Assembly (NCBI RefSeq): GCF_054482595.1
Contig: NZ_CM137008.1
Reading direction: 5' to 3' (one strand)
DNA: 64,000 nt
Shown here: positions 22,923 through 32,872 of the stretch, piece after piece
Layout of the letters: each line of letters opens with the position of its first letter
Numbering within the stretch: position 1 is the stretch's first letter
The notes under the pieces: generated by a model
What the model was told of the DNA's origin: nothing
Seen by the model: only the letters and a program-made list of their open reading frames with translations
Databases searched by the model: none
Program-made: the position numbers and the translations under genes

Positions 22923-23736
22923 TATTTATTCCTGAGAGAGGTAAACAACCTTGTTGTAATTGAAGCAAAAGATGCCGGTTTAACTGCCTTGCTGCCAGCG
23001 CCGGTTCTTGTGAAGTTGCATCGTAAAATTTATTGATTTCAACCCGACCATGGACTGCAACCGTAAAAAACGGCCGGTCAGGTGGAACGTCATACCATTT
23101 ACTTTGTTTATCCAGCAGATGCTCGCTACAGCCGATCGTCACGATGCGTAAATCGCTGGCACAGCGCACGGCAATATTCGCCGCCCCGCGCTGCAGCGTC
23201 ATTTTTTCACCGGGCTTCGTTCGCGTGCCTTCGGGGAAAATCAGGATAGTGTCACCCTGTGCCAGTCGCTGTTGGCAGCGGGGTAACAGGGTTTCAGCTT
23301 CGCTGTTGATTAAATAATCTGCCGCCCGCACGACGCCGCCAAGAAAAGGATTTTTTAACAGCGCGCTTTTCACCAGGCAGTCAGTTTCTGGCATGACTGA
23401 CGCCAGCAGCACGTAATCGATCAGCGTGGGATGATTGGCTACGACGAGGCAACCGCGTTCCTGACGTAAAATTTCAGCGCCATCAATACGATAATCCAGC
23501 ACGCCAAGCCCTTTCGCGACAGTTAAAAACAGGCGAAAACTGGCGGCAATGCTGCGACGCGCCAAACGACGGCGGCGGGAAGTATCCCACACCAAAACTA
23601 ACAATATGTTAAACCACACGACAGAAAGCAGCAGGCCGCCGAGACCAAACAGGGCAAAACATAACCCGGTCATGACCAGTCGCCAGGTCCACTCCAGACG
23701 TGACAGCAGCTTACTCATCCACGGCTCCAGCGCCAC
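22897..23736 (-). CDS. apeD: Lysophospholipid (PlsC-like) acyltransferase
   Basis: N-terminal TM segment followed by an acyltransferase core with the HPTLIDY and FPEGTR motif pair. Confidence 0.75.
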   Translation of the reverse strand: MALEPWMSKLLSRLEWTWRLVMTGLCFALFGLGGLLLSVVWFNILLVLVWDTSRRRRLARRSIAASFRLFLTVAKGLGVLDYRIDGAEILRQERGCLVVANHPTLIDYVLLASVMPETDCLVKSALLKNPFLGGVVRAADYLINSEAETLLPRCQQRLAQGDTILIFPEGTRTKPGEKMTLQRGAANIAVRCASDLRIVTIGCSEHLLDKQSKWYDVPPDRPFFTVAVHGRVEINKFYDATSQEPALAARQLNRHLLLQLQQGCLPLSGINNASALSGN

Positions 23737-24437
23737 TGTACGCGCTCGCCAGGCAGTGAAAATGTGTCCGCATTTTGTAAATAGTGCTGTAAAAACAACA
23801 TGCTTTGCGGCAGTGTTGTTTCATTACCCGCAATGGCTGACTGCGTTTCACATTGCCACTCATCGCCAGCTTCAATCACCAGCGCGACGGCGTACGGCCA
23901 GGTCGGCATTTCTGCGGGCAGTTGTGGATGATAGAACTCAGGCAGAAAGCCATCAAAATCGACCATCAGCACGCGCTGGTATCCCGCTTGTAACAGGCTA
24001 AGCACTTCACACAAACCTTGCTGGAAAGTGTCGCGACCAGCAGAAAGCGATGACGAAACGATCGGCTGTTTGGCCGCAATGGTCAGGTTACCCACGGAAG
24101 AGTTGTGTACTGAAAGTGCAAAGTCGGTCGGAGAAAGCGCCTGTTCGGTTGCCAGTGCATGAACAATGCGGTAATTGCGCTCCAGTTCGCCATGACGACT
24201 GGTATACAAAACGGCGTCTGGCTGATGGCGGCGTAGCATTGCCAGACCGCATTCAACAGCCAGTTTGCTGCCTGAACTGAGGCGGCGGGCGGTCATCATT
24301 GGCAGTTCACTTAATTTTGCCAACGGCGCGGCAGGGTCAATCGCCCACGGCTGGCGCGACCATGCTTGCCATTGCTGCGCTTCGCTAAGTCCAGGCGCCA
24401 GTGCCTGCCAGTCGGTAATATTTAATGTAAATTTCAT
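23715..24437 (-). CDS. apeC: Ketosynthase-like chain-length-factor protein (no intact KS catalytic triad seen)
   Basis: 240-aa KS-related protein lacking an obvious active-site Cys context; start placed at ATG 24437 (MKFTLNI). Confidence 0.65.
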   Translation of the reverse strand: MKFTLNITDWQALAPGLSEAQQWQAWSRQPWAIDPAAPLAKLSELPMMTARRLSSGSKLAVECGLAMLRRHQPDAVLYTSRHGELERNYRIVHALATEQALSPTDFALSVHNSSVGNLTIAAKQPIVSSSLSAGRDTFQQGLCEVLSLLQAGYQRVLMVDFDGFLPEFYHPQLPAEMPTWPYAVALVIEAGDEWQCETQSAIAGNETTLPQSMLFLQHYLQNADTFSLPGERVQWRWSRG

Positions 24438-24477
24438 CAACGCGCGCCCGCGGTAAACCAAAATTATTAAGTGACGA

Positions 24478-25545
24478 TTATTTCTTTTGGCATATCAAAA
24501 GTGTATGCCCAACGCCTAAATTATCGTGGCGCTCTGCTACCTGGAATCCTGCTTTATTCAGATAGTCGTAAAATTTCTCTGCACTATAGAAACGGCTGTT
24601 ACCGTTTGCCATGCAGGTAAAATAAAGTGAGGACGCGTTCAGGCTAAATGATGCTGCTTCAAACCGCTGCGCATCCCAGAACAACTCCATGATGCAAACT
24701 TTTGCGCCAGGCTTCATTACGCTGGCAATTTTGCTGAGTATGCTAATTATTTGTTCGGGTGAAAAACAGTCTAAAAATTGGCTCATCCACCAGATATCAG
24801 CCTCGCCCGGTAATGGGGCATCGCTTAGCATATCCACCGCATGGAAATCTATGCGATCAGAAAAACCTGCATTCGCGATATTTTCTTTCGCTAGTACGAT
24901 TTGTTGTGGCAGATCTAATAACGTCACGGCGATGTTTTCATTGTATTTGCAGCAACGCAAAGCCCACTTACCCGTATTGCCGCCTACATCGTACAATGTT
25001 GTGGGGTTGTTGGCGAATACATAAGGCAGTGCGGCGTTAAATGCGCCATCTGAATAGTAATGATCAAACGCAAACCAGCTTTCACGAGCGGCGTCTGGTA
25101 ATTGCGAAAGTGCCGGATATATCGTCGACCAGTCGCCAAATACTTTTAACCCGGAAGGTTTTCCTTCATTGAGTGAATCGGCGAGGAAGAAGAGCCCCTG
25201 GTAACAGACATCCTGGGTGAAATCCATATTCACGCGAGTCATAGTGTCATGCAGGAGGTAATGACCGATTTTCGCCAGGTAATAAATTCCCTCTTTACAG
25301 GTAATAATTCGCCCGCTTAAGCCCATATCTAACAGAACGCTGGCAGCATATTCGTTGATATGGCTATGTTCGGTGATATCAGCCAGCGTTGCGCCATGTT
25401 TGCCTTGCCGATCCAGATATGAAAGTACACCCGCATTACGTAGGCAGAGTGCTGTTTGAAAAAGCATAGGGGCAAAGGCAATGCGTTGAGCTTCGGTAAT
25501 CGCATCCAGTGCGCTAAGAGAATCCTGTTCGTACATGTTGGGCAC
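24478..25545 (-). CDS. apeB: SAM-dependent methyltransferase (O-methyltransferase-like)
   Basis: Class I methyltransferase fold (VGGNTGKWA...LLDLP); an alternative ATG start lies at 25536. Confidence 0.75.
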   Translation of the reverse strand: MPNMYEQDSLSALDAITEAQRIAFAPMLFQTALCLRNAGVLSYLDRQGKHGATLADITEHSHINEYAASVLLDMGLSGRIITCKEGIYYLAKIGHYLLHDTMTRVNMDFTQDVCYQGLFFLADSLNEGKPSGLKVFGDWSTIYPALSQLPDAARESWFAFDHYYSDGAFNAALPYVFANNPTTLYDVGGNTGKWALRCCKYNENIAVTLLDLPQQIVLAKENIANAGFSDRIDFHAVDMLSDAPLPGEADIWWMSQFLDCFSPEQIISILSKIASVMKPGAKVCIMELFWDAQRFEAASFSLNASSLYFTCMANGNSRFYSAEKFYDYLNKAGFQVAERHDNLGVGHTLLICQKK

Positions 25546-25604
25546 AACCTGTTAAGAGGGAATTAAATTATTATCGGACCGCAACGGCCCGACTTTAGGA
25601 AGAA

Positions 25605-25994
25605 TTATAAATCTGCGCCCGCTGACAAATTCAGTTGAATATCTTTGTCGAGATTGCGGACCCAGCGATTGTAGTTTTTATGAATTTGTCCGCCTGACGC
25701 TTGTAGGTTCTGGCTATTTTCATAATTGATATCGTAGCTGGATGCCGTGTAGTTAATGCGTATTTCCGCTGAATGATCGCGTGACTGTTGACGTGCTTTA
25801 ATTATGCCTTGTCCGGCTTCGGACATAATCCATTTGCGTTCAACGCCAGCTTTCAGAATCGCTTTTTTCACTTGTTCCTGGGTATGACCAGCGCTGACGG
25901 TTGAGTGAACCTGATCAATTGGCGCAGTACGCGCGCAACCTGCTAAAGCACCCACAACAGCAATAGCCGCAAACCATTTCATGTAATGTCTCAT
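25605..25994 (-). CDS. apeA: Lipoprotein, first gene of the APE operon
   Basis: Signal peptide with lipobox LAGC; an alternative start (MKWFAAI) lies at 25982; followed upstream by a 380-bp AT-rich promoter region. Confidence 0.6.
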   Translation of the reverse strand: MRHYMKWFAAIAVVGALAGCARTAPIDQVHSTVSAGHTQEQVKKAILKAGVERKWIMSEAGQGIIKARQQSRDHSAEIRINYTASSYDINYENSQNLQASGGQIHKNYNRWVRNLDKDIQLNLSAGADL

Positions 25995-26323
25995 TAGAAC
26001 CCCATTAAAGTATTGTTTTTACGAGTAAAGCAAGATTTAACTGTAATTGCTGGCATCACTATTCTTTATTTAGAGAAAAAATTACTTGTGAGATAAGTCA
26101 GTAAGTGCACATCAGAGTAAAAATCTCTGAAATGACTAAATTACTGCCAGCAGGGACCAACTATAAGTGAGTGAGAAAAATGAGGCAATAAAAATAACAC
26201 AATGTTATCAGTGCATTCTTTGAGAAGGATTTAATCGCTATTCGGCGTTTATATATATTTGACTTAAGGAATGGTTTTTTTAAATTAATTTTCTGAATAA
26301 TGTTTCATCATTTCCTCAAATCA

Positions 26324-26354
26324 AATGGCCACTGTTAGATAAACGGTGGCCATT
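26324..26354 (-). terminator. Candidate terminator hairpin downstream of yhhT
   Basis: Inverted repeat AATGGCCAC-N12-GTGGCCATT 20 nt past the yhhT stop; T-rich tract is weak. Confidence 0.4.
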
Positions 26355-26373
26355 GCCTGCTCAGGAGGTGCTA

Positions 26374-27423
26374 TTAACCCGGTAACCGACTTTTCGGTCT
26401 GCCCGGCCCCAGTAAAATCGCCAGTTTGCTACCGCCTTTGGTGGTTTCCATCCAGATTTTACACACGCTGGTTAATGGCACCGAAAGTAGCATCCCTACC
26501 GGGCCGAGCAGCCATCCCCAAATTAACAATGAAAGAAATACCACCATGGTGGACATCCCCAGGCGATGGCCCATCATCCGTGGTTCTAAAATATTGCCGA
26601 TAACCATATGGACAACTAAAAACAATGCGCCGACCAGAATACATTCGTAAACACCATTAAACAGCAGCACCTGAATCATTGGCGGTACGGCGGAAATTAC
26701 CGCGCCGATATTGGGCACGTAGTTGAGCAAAAACGCCAGTACTGCCCACATCAGCGCAAACTGCACCCCCATCAGCTCCAGCCCCAGCCAGACGATGACA
26801 CCTGTCCATAAACTGAGTAGCGTCTTTAACGCCAGATAATGCGAAACGCCTTTAAGTGCGCGGTGTAATCCTGCGATGTGAATCTGTGGGTTATTCAGCG
26901 CAAAACGCATTTTGTAAGGGACGTGGCGCACTTCAAATAGCATGAAAACAACGGTCATCACCAGCAAAAGCACGCTCGCCATTGCCCCGGAAAGCCCGGT
27001 CATTAGCGCTGTGGTGAAGGTAACCACTTTTTCCGAGTCCATCCGCTGCAGCATTCGCTCCGGCGACATATGCAAATTAAGAAAAGGCAACATCTCCTGC
27101 AATTTAAAAAGTTTGCGCGTCAGCTCCTTATTAAACTTCGGCAGCATAGAGATAAATTCGTTAAACGATGCCGCCAGTACGCCGACCAGCGCGGTTAGAG
27201 TGATCAGCATCACCACCACCACAATCGTAATGGCAACGGGGCGTTTTACTCCCCGTCGAATAAACCAGGTAACGAGCGGGTTGAGGACGATGGCAAAAAA
27301 CAGCGCCAGTAACAGCTGCACAATGATATCTGCCGCTGCGTGAATGCCCGCGAGGATCACTACCAGCGAGGCCAGCTTGAGCAGAATGTGCATGCCCGTT
27401 TTATCGGGTTGAGGGGTTTCCAT
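26374..27423 (-). CDS. yhhT: AI-2E family inner-membrane transporter YhhT
   Basis: 349-aa polytopic protein starting METPQPDK; the ORF track begins 81 nt further upstream. Confidence 0.9.
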   Translation of the reverse strand: METPQPDKTGMHILLKLASLVVILAGIHAAADIIVQLLLALFFAIVLNPLVTWFIRRGVKRPVAITIVVVVMLITLTALVGVLAASFNEFISMLPKFNKELTRKLFKLQEMLPFLNLHMSPERMLQRMDSEKVVTFTTALMTGLSGAMASVLLLVMTVVFMLFEVRHVPYKMRFALNNPQIHIAGLHRALKGVSHYLALKTLLSLWTGVIVWLGLELMGVQFALMWAVLAFLLNYVPNIGAVISAVPPMIQVLLFNGVYECILVGALFLVVHMVIGNILEPRMMGHRLGMSTMVVFLSLLIWGWLLGPVGMLLSVPLTSVCKIWMETTKGGSKLAILLGPGRPKSRLPG

Positions 27424-27554
27424 TGGGGCTTCCTTGTGACTTTTTGTATTAAGTGTAGCGGGAGTCACGCCAGCAATATTCTGATTCTTACTGCTGATTT
27501 TCACGTCAGCACGTGGTAAAAATGAAACACTGTTGTAAAAATGTGGTGATCCTC

Positions 27555-28772
27555 ATGCCCGAACCCGTAGCCGAACCCGCGCTAAACGGATTGCGCCTGA
27601 ATTTGCGCATTGTCTCCATTGTCATGTTTAACTTCGCCAGCTACCTCACCATCGGGTTGCCGCTCGCTGTATTACCGGGCTATGTCCATGATGTGATGGG
27701 CTTTAGCGCTTTCTGGGCAGGATTGGTTATCAGCCTGCAATACTTCGCCACCTTGCTGAGCCGCCCTCATGCCGGACGTTACGCCGATTTGCTGGGACCC
27801 AAAAAGATTGTCGTCTTCGGTTTATGCGGCTGCTTTTTGAGCGGTCTGGGATATCTGACGGCAGGATTAACCGCCAGTCTGCCCGTCATCAGCCTGTTAT
27901 TACTTTGCTTGGGACGCGTCATCCTTGGGATTGGGCAAAGTTTTGCCGGAACGGGATCGACCCTGTGGGGCGTTGGCGTGGTTGGCTCGCTGCATATCGG
28001 ACGGGTGATTTCGTGGAACGGTATTGTCACTTATGGGGCGATGGCGATGGGTGCGCCGTTAGGTGTCGTGTTTTATCACTGGGGCGGCTTGCAGGCGTTA
28101 GCGTTAATCATTATGGCCGTGGCGCTGGTGGCCATTTTGTTGGCGATCCCGCGTCCGACGGTAAAAGCCAGTAAAGGCAAACCGCTGCCGTTTCGCGCGG
28201 TGCTTGGGCGCGTCTGGCTGTACGGTATGGCGCTGGCGTTGGCTTCCGCCGGATTTGGCGTCATCGCCACCTTTATCACGCTGTTTTATGACGCTAAAGG
28301 TTGGGACGGTGCGGCTTTCGCGCTGACGCTGTTTAGCTGTGCGTTTGTCGGTACGCGTTTGTTATTCCCTAACGGCATTAACCGTATCGGCGGCTTAAAC
28401 GTAGCGATGATTTGCTTTAGCGTTGAGATAATCGGCCTGCTACTGGTTGGCGTGGCGACTATGCCGTGGATGGCGAAAATCGGCGTCTTACTGGCGGGGG
28501 CCGGGTTTTCGCTGGTGTTCCCGGCATTGGGTGTAGTGGCGGTAAAAGCGGTTCCGCAGCAAAATCAGGGGGCGGCGCTGGCAACTTACACCGTATTTAT
28601 GGATTTATCGCTTGGCGTGACCGGACCACTGGCTGGGCTGGTGATGAGCTGGGCGGGCGTACCGGTGATTTATCTGGCGGCGGCGGGACTGGTCGCAATC
28701 GCGTTATTACTGACGTGGCGATTAAAAAAACGGCCTCCGGAACACGTCCCTGAGGCCGCCTCATCATCTTAA
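27555..28772 (+). CDS. yhhS: MFS transporter YhhS
   Basis: 405-aa 12-TM MFS protein starting MPEPVAEP; divergent from yhhT. Confidence 0.9.
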   Translation: MPEPVAEPALNGLRLNLRIVSIVMFNFASYLTIGLPLAVLPGYVHDVMGFSAFWAGLVISLQYFATLLSRPHAGRYADLLGPKKIVVFGLCGCFLSGLGYLTAGLTASLPVISLLLLCLGRVILGIGQSFAGTGSTLWGVGVVGSLHIGRVISWNGIVTYGAMAMGAPLGVVFYHWGGLQALALIIMAVALVAILLAIPRPTVKASKGKPLPFRAVLGRVWLYGMALALASAGFGVIATFITLFYDAKGWDGAAFALTLFSCAFVGTRLLFPNGINRIGGLNVAMICFSVEIIGLLLVGVATMPWMAKIGVLLAGAGFSLVFPALGVVAVKAVPQQNQGAALATYTVFMDLSLGVTGPLAGLVMSWAGVPVIYLAAAGLVAIALLLTWRLKKRPPEHVPEAASSS

Positions 28773-28775
28773 AAC

Positions 28776-29333
28776 TTACTGAATAACCAGCGTATTAATG
28801 ATGTTTTCTGCGGTTGTCTGCGCTTTTTGCTGATCGTCAGCTGGCAGCGTAATTTGCATGGTTAGCAGTTGATTACCCACGTTACCCAGAATAACGGAAG
28901 AGTACGCCGTCTGGCCTTTCGCGGAGATAATACTGTCTAACTGCTGCATTTTGTGACCTTTCAGCTCAATGGCTTTATTGGTTACCACTTGCAGCTGCGG
29001 ATCGCGGCTACGTTGCTGATCTTCCAGACGCTTCGCCAGCACCGCCAGATCTTCTTTCGGATCATCGCCCATGATGACGATGACTGCTTTCTGACCGGTG
29101 GCGTCGGACCAGACATGCATGTTATTGGCCTGCGTTCCCAGCTTACCGCTCTGGTCGGTCATATCCGCTGGCAGCGAGAAACTTAACTTGCCATCAAGCA
29201 GGTTGACGGGATTCCCGGTAGCGTTACTTTCCGCGACCGAACCCTGCGCCGTAGCGTTAGTGTCTTTATCATCACAGGCCGCAAGCCCCATAACCAGCAG
29301 GCCAATTCCGACATATTTAACCAGATTGCGCAT
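28776..29333 (-). CDS. dcrB: Periplasmic lipoprotein DcrB
   Basis: 185-aa protein starting [20 protein letters not shown] (lipobox); the ORF track begins 54 nt further upstream. Confidence 0.9.
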
Positions 29334-29405
29334 TGACTTCTTCCTTTCGATAAACGGCCATAACGGCTCATTCATCCATCTTATCACAACTCTGATAACG
29401 AACCT

Positions 29406-30071
29406 TTAACTCGCCTGCAAAGCGTTGATTTCGGATTTATCTGCCAGTCTTTTCAACAGCATATTGAGTAATACGCCATACATTGGCAGGAAGAAAACGA
29501 TACTGATTAACACTTTGAAACAGTAATCGACCAGCGCGATTTCCATCCAGTGTTCAGCCATAAAGGCATCCGGGCTACGCCAGAAGGCAATGAAGAAAAA
29601 GGCCAGCGTGTCGCTGACGTTACCGAACAGTGTGGACGCTGTCGGTGCCAGCCACCAGCGGCGACTCTGACGCAGGCGGTTAAAAACGTGCACGTCGAGG
29701 ATCTGTCCCAGCGCGTAGGCCATGAAACTGGCGGTGGCGATACGGGCGACAAACAGGTTGAAGTGGGCGAGTGCGCCGAATCCCTGCCAGGAACCCATAT
29801 AGAATAGCGACGAGATGACGTAGGAGATCAGCAACGCCGGGATCATCACCGCAAAGATGATACGACGGGCCAGCGGTGCGCCAAAAATACGTACGGTCAG
29901 GTCGGTAGCGAGAAAGATAAACGGAAAGCTAAACGCGCCCCAGGTGGTATGGAAACCAAAAATGGAGACGGGAAGCTGAACCAGATAGTTACTGGAGGTG
30001 ATCACCAGCAGATGAAATAAAGATAACCAGAACAATGCTTTATAGCGTTGAGTTTGCGAGAAAACGTTCAT
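29406..30071 (-). CDS. yhhQ: Queuosine-precursor (preQ0/preQ1) transporter YhhQ (COG1738)
   Basis: 221-aa polytopic membrane protein; synteny with tusA and dcrB. Confidence 0.9.
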   Translation of the reverse strand: MNVFSQTQRYKALFWLSLFHLLVITSSNYLVQLPVSIFGFHTTWGAFSFPFIFLATDLTVRIFGAPLARRIIFAVMIPALLISYVISSLFYMGSWQGFGALAHFNLFVARIATASFMAYALGQILDVHVFNRLRQSRRWWLAPTASTLFGNVSDTLAFFFIAFWRSPDAFMAEHWMEIALVDYCFKVLISIVFFLPMYGVLLNMLLKRLADKSEINALQAS

Positions 30072-30075
30072 ATTG

Positions 30076-30113
30076 TACCTTTTTGATTAACCATTGGGGT
30101 GAGGGAACCCAAT
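30076..30113 (-). promoter_or_regulatory. Candidate preQ1-I riboswitch aptamer in the yhhQ 5' leader
   Basis: The minus-strand leader reads UUGGG-UUCCCUCAC-CCCAA-UGGUUAAUCAAAAAGG then 6 nt then AUG: a 5-bp stem, a loop beginning UUC, and an A-rich tail ending in the Shine-Dalgarno, as in class-I preQ1 aptamers. Confidence 0.55.
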
Positions 30114-30291
30114 ACGTACGACACGTCTGTTACCTTAACATAATAACGTGCTTACCCTTTTTTCGAGCCGCCGCATGATACTGCTTTACGTTGACAATGC
30201 AATGGTTAATTTTCACGCAATCGTTAACCTGGTTTGCTTACGGACTCACAGGGCGTAAACTAGCGCCGTTTTTTTATGTGATGAGAAGAAA

Positions 30292-30537
30292 ATGACCGAT
30301 CTCTTTTCCAGCCCTGACCACACACTCGACGCACTTGGCCTGCGCTGCCCGGAACCCGTAATGATGGTGCGCAAAACAGTGCGCAATATGCAGCCAGGTG
30401 AAACGTTGCTGATTATTGCTGACGATCCGGCGACGACCCGCGATATTCCTGGGTTTTGTACCTTTATGGAACACGAACTGGTTGCTAAAGAGACGGATGG
30501 ATTGCCTTATCGTTATTTGATTCGTAAAGGCGGTTGA
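30292..30537 (+). CDS. tusA: Sulfur-carrier protein TusA
   Basis: 81-aa protein with the CPxP active-site motif ([11 protein letters not shown]). Confidence 0.95.
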
Positions 30538-30638
30538 TGGGGGCAGATTGGCTTCGATGCCGCCTTTTCCCCTCACCCTAACCCTCTCCCCAGAGGAGCG
30601 AGGGGACCGATCGCGCTCAATGTTGCGATCGGTTTGCC

Positions 30639-32837
30639 TTATCTCCTGCGCAACAATCTTAACGCATTCGCTGTCACCAGCACCGTCGCACCCGTATCTG
30701 CCAGCACCGCCAGCCATAGTCCGGTCATTCCTAACAGCGTGGTGACGAGGAAGATCCCTTTCAGCCCCAGCGCAATAGTGATGTTCTGGCGGATATTGGC
30801 GTGAGTGGCGCGTGCCAGTTCAATCATTTGCACCAGACCGCGCAGGTGGTTATGGGTTAATGCTGCGTCGGCGGTTTCCAGCGCCACGTCTGTGCCGCTG
30901 CCCATTGCAATCCCGATGGCGGCAGCTTTCATCGCTGGCGCGTCGTTAATACCGTCACCGACCATCGCCAGCGGCGCATGTTGATTCAGCTCGGTCACCG
31001 CTTTGACTTTATCTTCCGGCAACAGGCCCGCTTTAAACTCCAGCCCCAGCTCCCCGGCAATTGCCGCCGCTGCGCGTGGATTATCGCCGGTGAGGATCAC
31101 CCCTTTGACGCCCAGCGCGTTCAGTTCACTGATGGCTGTTGCAGCATCGGCGCGCAGGGTATCCTGTAACGCAATGACACCAAGCACGTCATCGTTACGT
31201 ACTACCAGCACTACCGTTTGCCCGGCGCTTTCCAGTTCGTTAATTAAACCAGCAAATGCATCAGCGGGATGTTTCCCGGCAGCGCATATCAACACGCGCT
31301 CACCGTTAACCTGCGCTTCAATGCCAGACCCGACCAGTGCCCGCTGTGATTCGGCGGCGGGAATGGCGAGTGCAGCAACCTGTGCTTCGCGCACGATGGC
31401 CTGCGCCAGTGGATGCGTCGCGCCTTGCTCGACCGCCGCCGCCAGTGTCAGCAGTTCAGATTCACTAATACCCGTTGCCGGATGAATCGCGGTAACGCGC
31501 GGTTTACCGACGGTCAGCGTACCGGTTTTATCAAACGCCACCTGGGTAACACGACCTAGCTGCTCCAGCGCCGCACCGCCTTTAATTAACGCCCCACGAC
31601 GTGCCGCTGCTGCCAGCCCGGAGGTAATCGCCGCGGGCGTGGAGATAACTAAAGCACACGGGCAGCCAATCAGCAGCAGCGTCAGCCCTTTATAAATCCA
31701 CTCCTGCCAACTTGCGGCAAACAGCAGCGGCGGCACCAGCGTTACCAGCAGGGCGACGGCCATAATCGCTGGCGTATAAATACGGCTGAAACGGTCGATA
31801 AACCGCTCAATGGGAGCGCGACGCTCTTCGGCTTCTTCGATCAGTTTCAGAATCCGGTCAATGGCGCTGGCACCCGGTTCTGACAGCACTTCCAGCGTTA
31901 CCAGACGGTCTACGCTGGTGGCTCCTGCAGGAACTTTATCGCCCGTCGCGCGCTCCACCGGAATGGATTCTCCGGTCAGGGCGCTTTCATCAAAACTGGC
32001 AAACGGTGAGAGCAGTTTACCGTCGGCAGGCAAACGTCCACCTGCGGCGACTTCAATCACATCGCCAGGGCGCAGGCTGTGAATCGCCACCTCTTCCCGC
32101 TCACCGTTACGCAGGCGCGTGGCGGTTTCTGGTTTCAGCGCCATCAACGCGCTAACGCCCTGACGCGCGCGGCTGGCGGCCCAGCCTTCCAGTCGTTCAC
32201 CAATCAAAAACAGCAGCAACACCATCGCAGCTTCAGCCGTTGCGCCAATAAACAGCGCACCAATAGCAGCTACGCTCATTAAGGTTTCAATGGCGAAGTA
32301 GCTGCCGGATTTGATCAGCCGTAATGCCTGACGAGCAATCGGGTACAGCCCAACCAGCGTGGTCGCGATAAACGCCAGTTGCCCGAACGGATGATTGAAC
32401 TGCTCCAGACCCCAGCTGATTGCCATCATCACGATTAGCGTAATCAGCGGCAGATTCTCTTTCAGGCGCGATTCTTGTGGCTCGTCGGCGGCCTGCTCAT
32501 CGCGCAGGGAATAGCCCGCTTTTTGCACCGCAGATTCAACCTGGGCACGGATGTCATTGTCGGCATCAACCACCAGTTTTTCGGTGGCGAACAGTACCTG
32601 CACCTGATTCACGCCTGCAAGCTGGCGCACGGCATTTTCTACCTTGCGCGCACAGGCGGCGCAGTCCATGCCGCTGACTTTCCAGCTATAGCGGGTGCCG
32701 GAGACGTTTTCAGAGAGCGTTGGCGTGCTGGAACATGCGCCGTCGCAGCAACAGTCGTTGGCGTTCTGTACCGTGGTTAGCGGTTTGAACGCAGCAAATT
32801 GAGGGGCTTTCTTGCCGTGATTGTCAGGAGTCGACAT
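30639..32837 (-). CDS. zntA: Zn/Cd/Pb-translocating P1B-type ATPase ZntA
   Basis: 732-aa protein with N-terminal metal-binding GMDCAAC, membrane CPC motif and phosphorylation site DKTGTLT. Confidence 0.95.
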   Translation of the reverse strand: MSTPDNHGKKAPQFAAFKPLTTVQNANDCCCDGACSSTPTLSENVSGTRYSWKVSGMDCAACARKVENAVRQLAGVNQVQVLFATEKLVVDADNDIRAQVESAVQKAGYSLRDEQAADEPQESRLKENLPLITLIVMMAISWGLEQFNHPFGQLAFIATTLVGLYPIARQALRLIKSGSYFAIETLMSVAAIGALFIGATAEAAMVLLLFLIGERLEGWAASRARQGVSALMALKPETATRLRNGEREEVAIHSLRPGDVIEVAAGGRLPADGKLLSPFASFDESALTGESIPVERATGDKVPAGATSVDRLVTLEVLSEPGASAIDRILKLIEEAEERRAPIERFIDRFSRIYTPAIMAVALLVTLVPPLLFAASWQEWIYKGLTLLLIGCPCALVISTPAAITSGLAAAARRGALIKGGAALEQLGRVTQVAFDKTGTLTVGKPRVTAIHPATGISESELLTLAAAVEQGATHPLAQAIVREAQVAALAIPAAESQRALVGSGIEAQVNGERVLICAAGKHPADAFAGLINELESAGQTVVLVVRNDDVLGVIALQDTLRADAATAISELNALGVKGVILTGDNPRAAAAIAGELGLEFKAGLLPEDKVKAVTELNQHAPLAMVGDGINDAPAMKAAAIGIAMGSGTDVALETADAALTHNHLRGLVQMIELARATHANIRQNITIALGLKGIFLVTTLLGMTGLWLAVLADTGATVLVTANALRLLRRR

Positions 32838-32872
32838 GGCATCCTCCGGTTAAGTTTTTTCTCATTAACCGA

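Noticed and set aside
30538-30638. GC-rich partial palindromes between the convergent tusA and zntA genes
   Set aside because: Imperfect and lacking T-runs on either strand; probably weak bidirectional termination or stabilising structure; not confidently assignable
31003-31485. 160-aa plus-strand ORF antisense to zntA
   Set aside because: Embedded in the well-supported P-type ATPase gene; Ser/Ala-rich low-complexity translation
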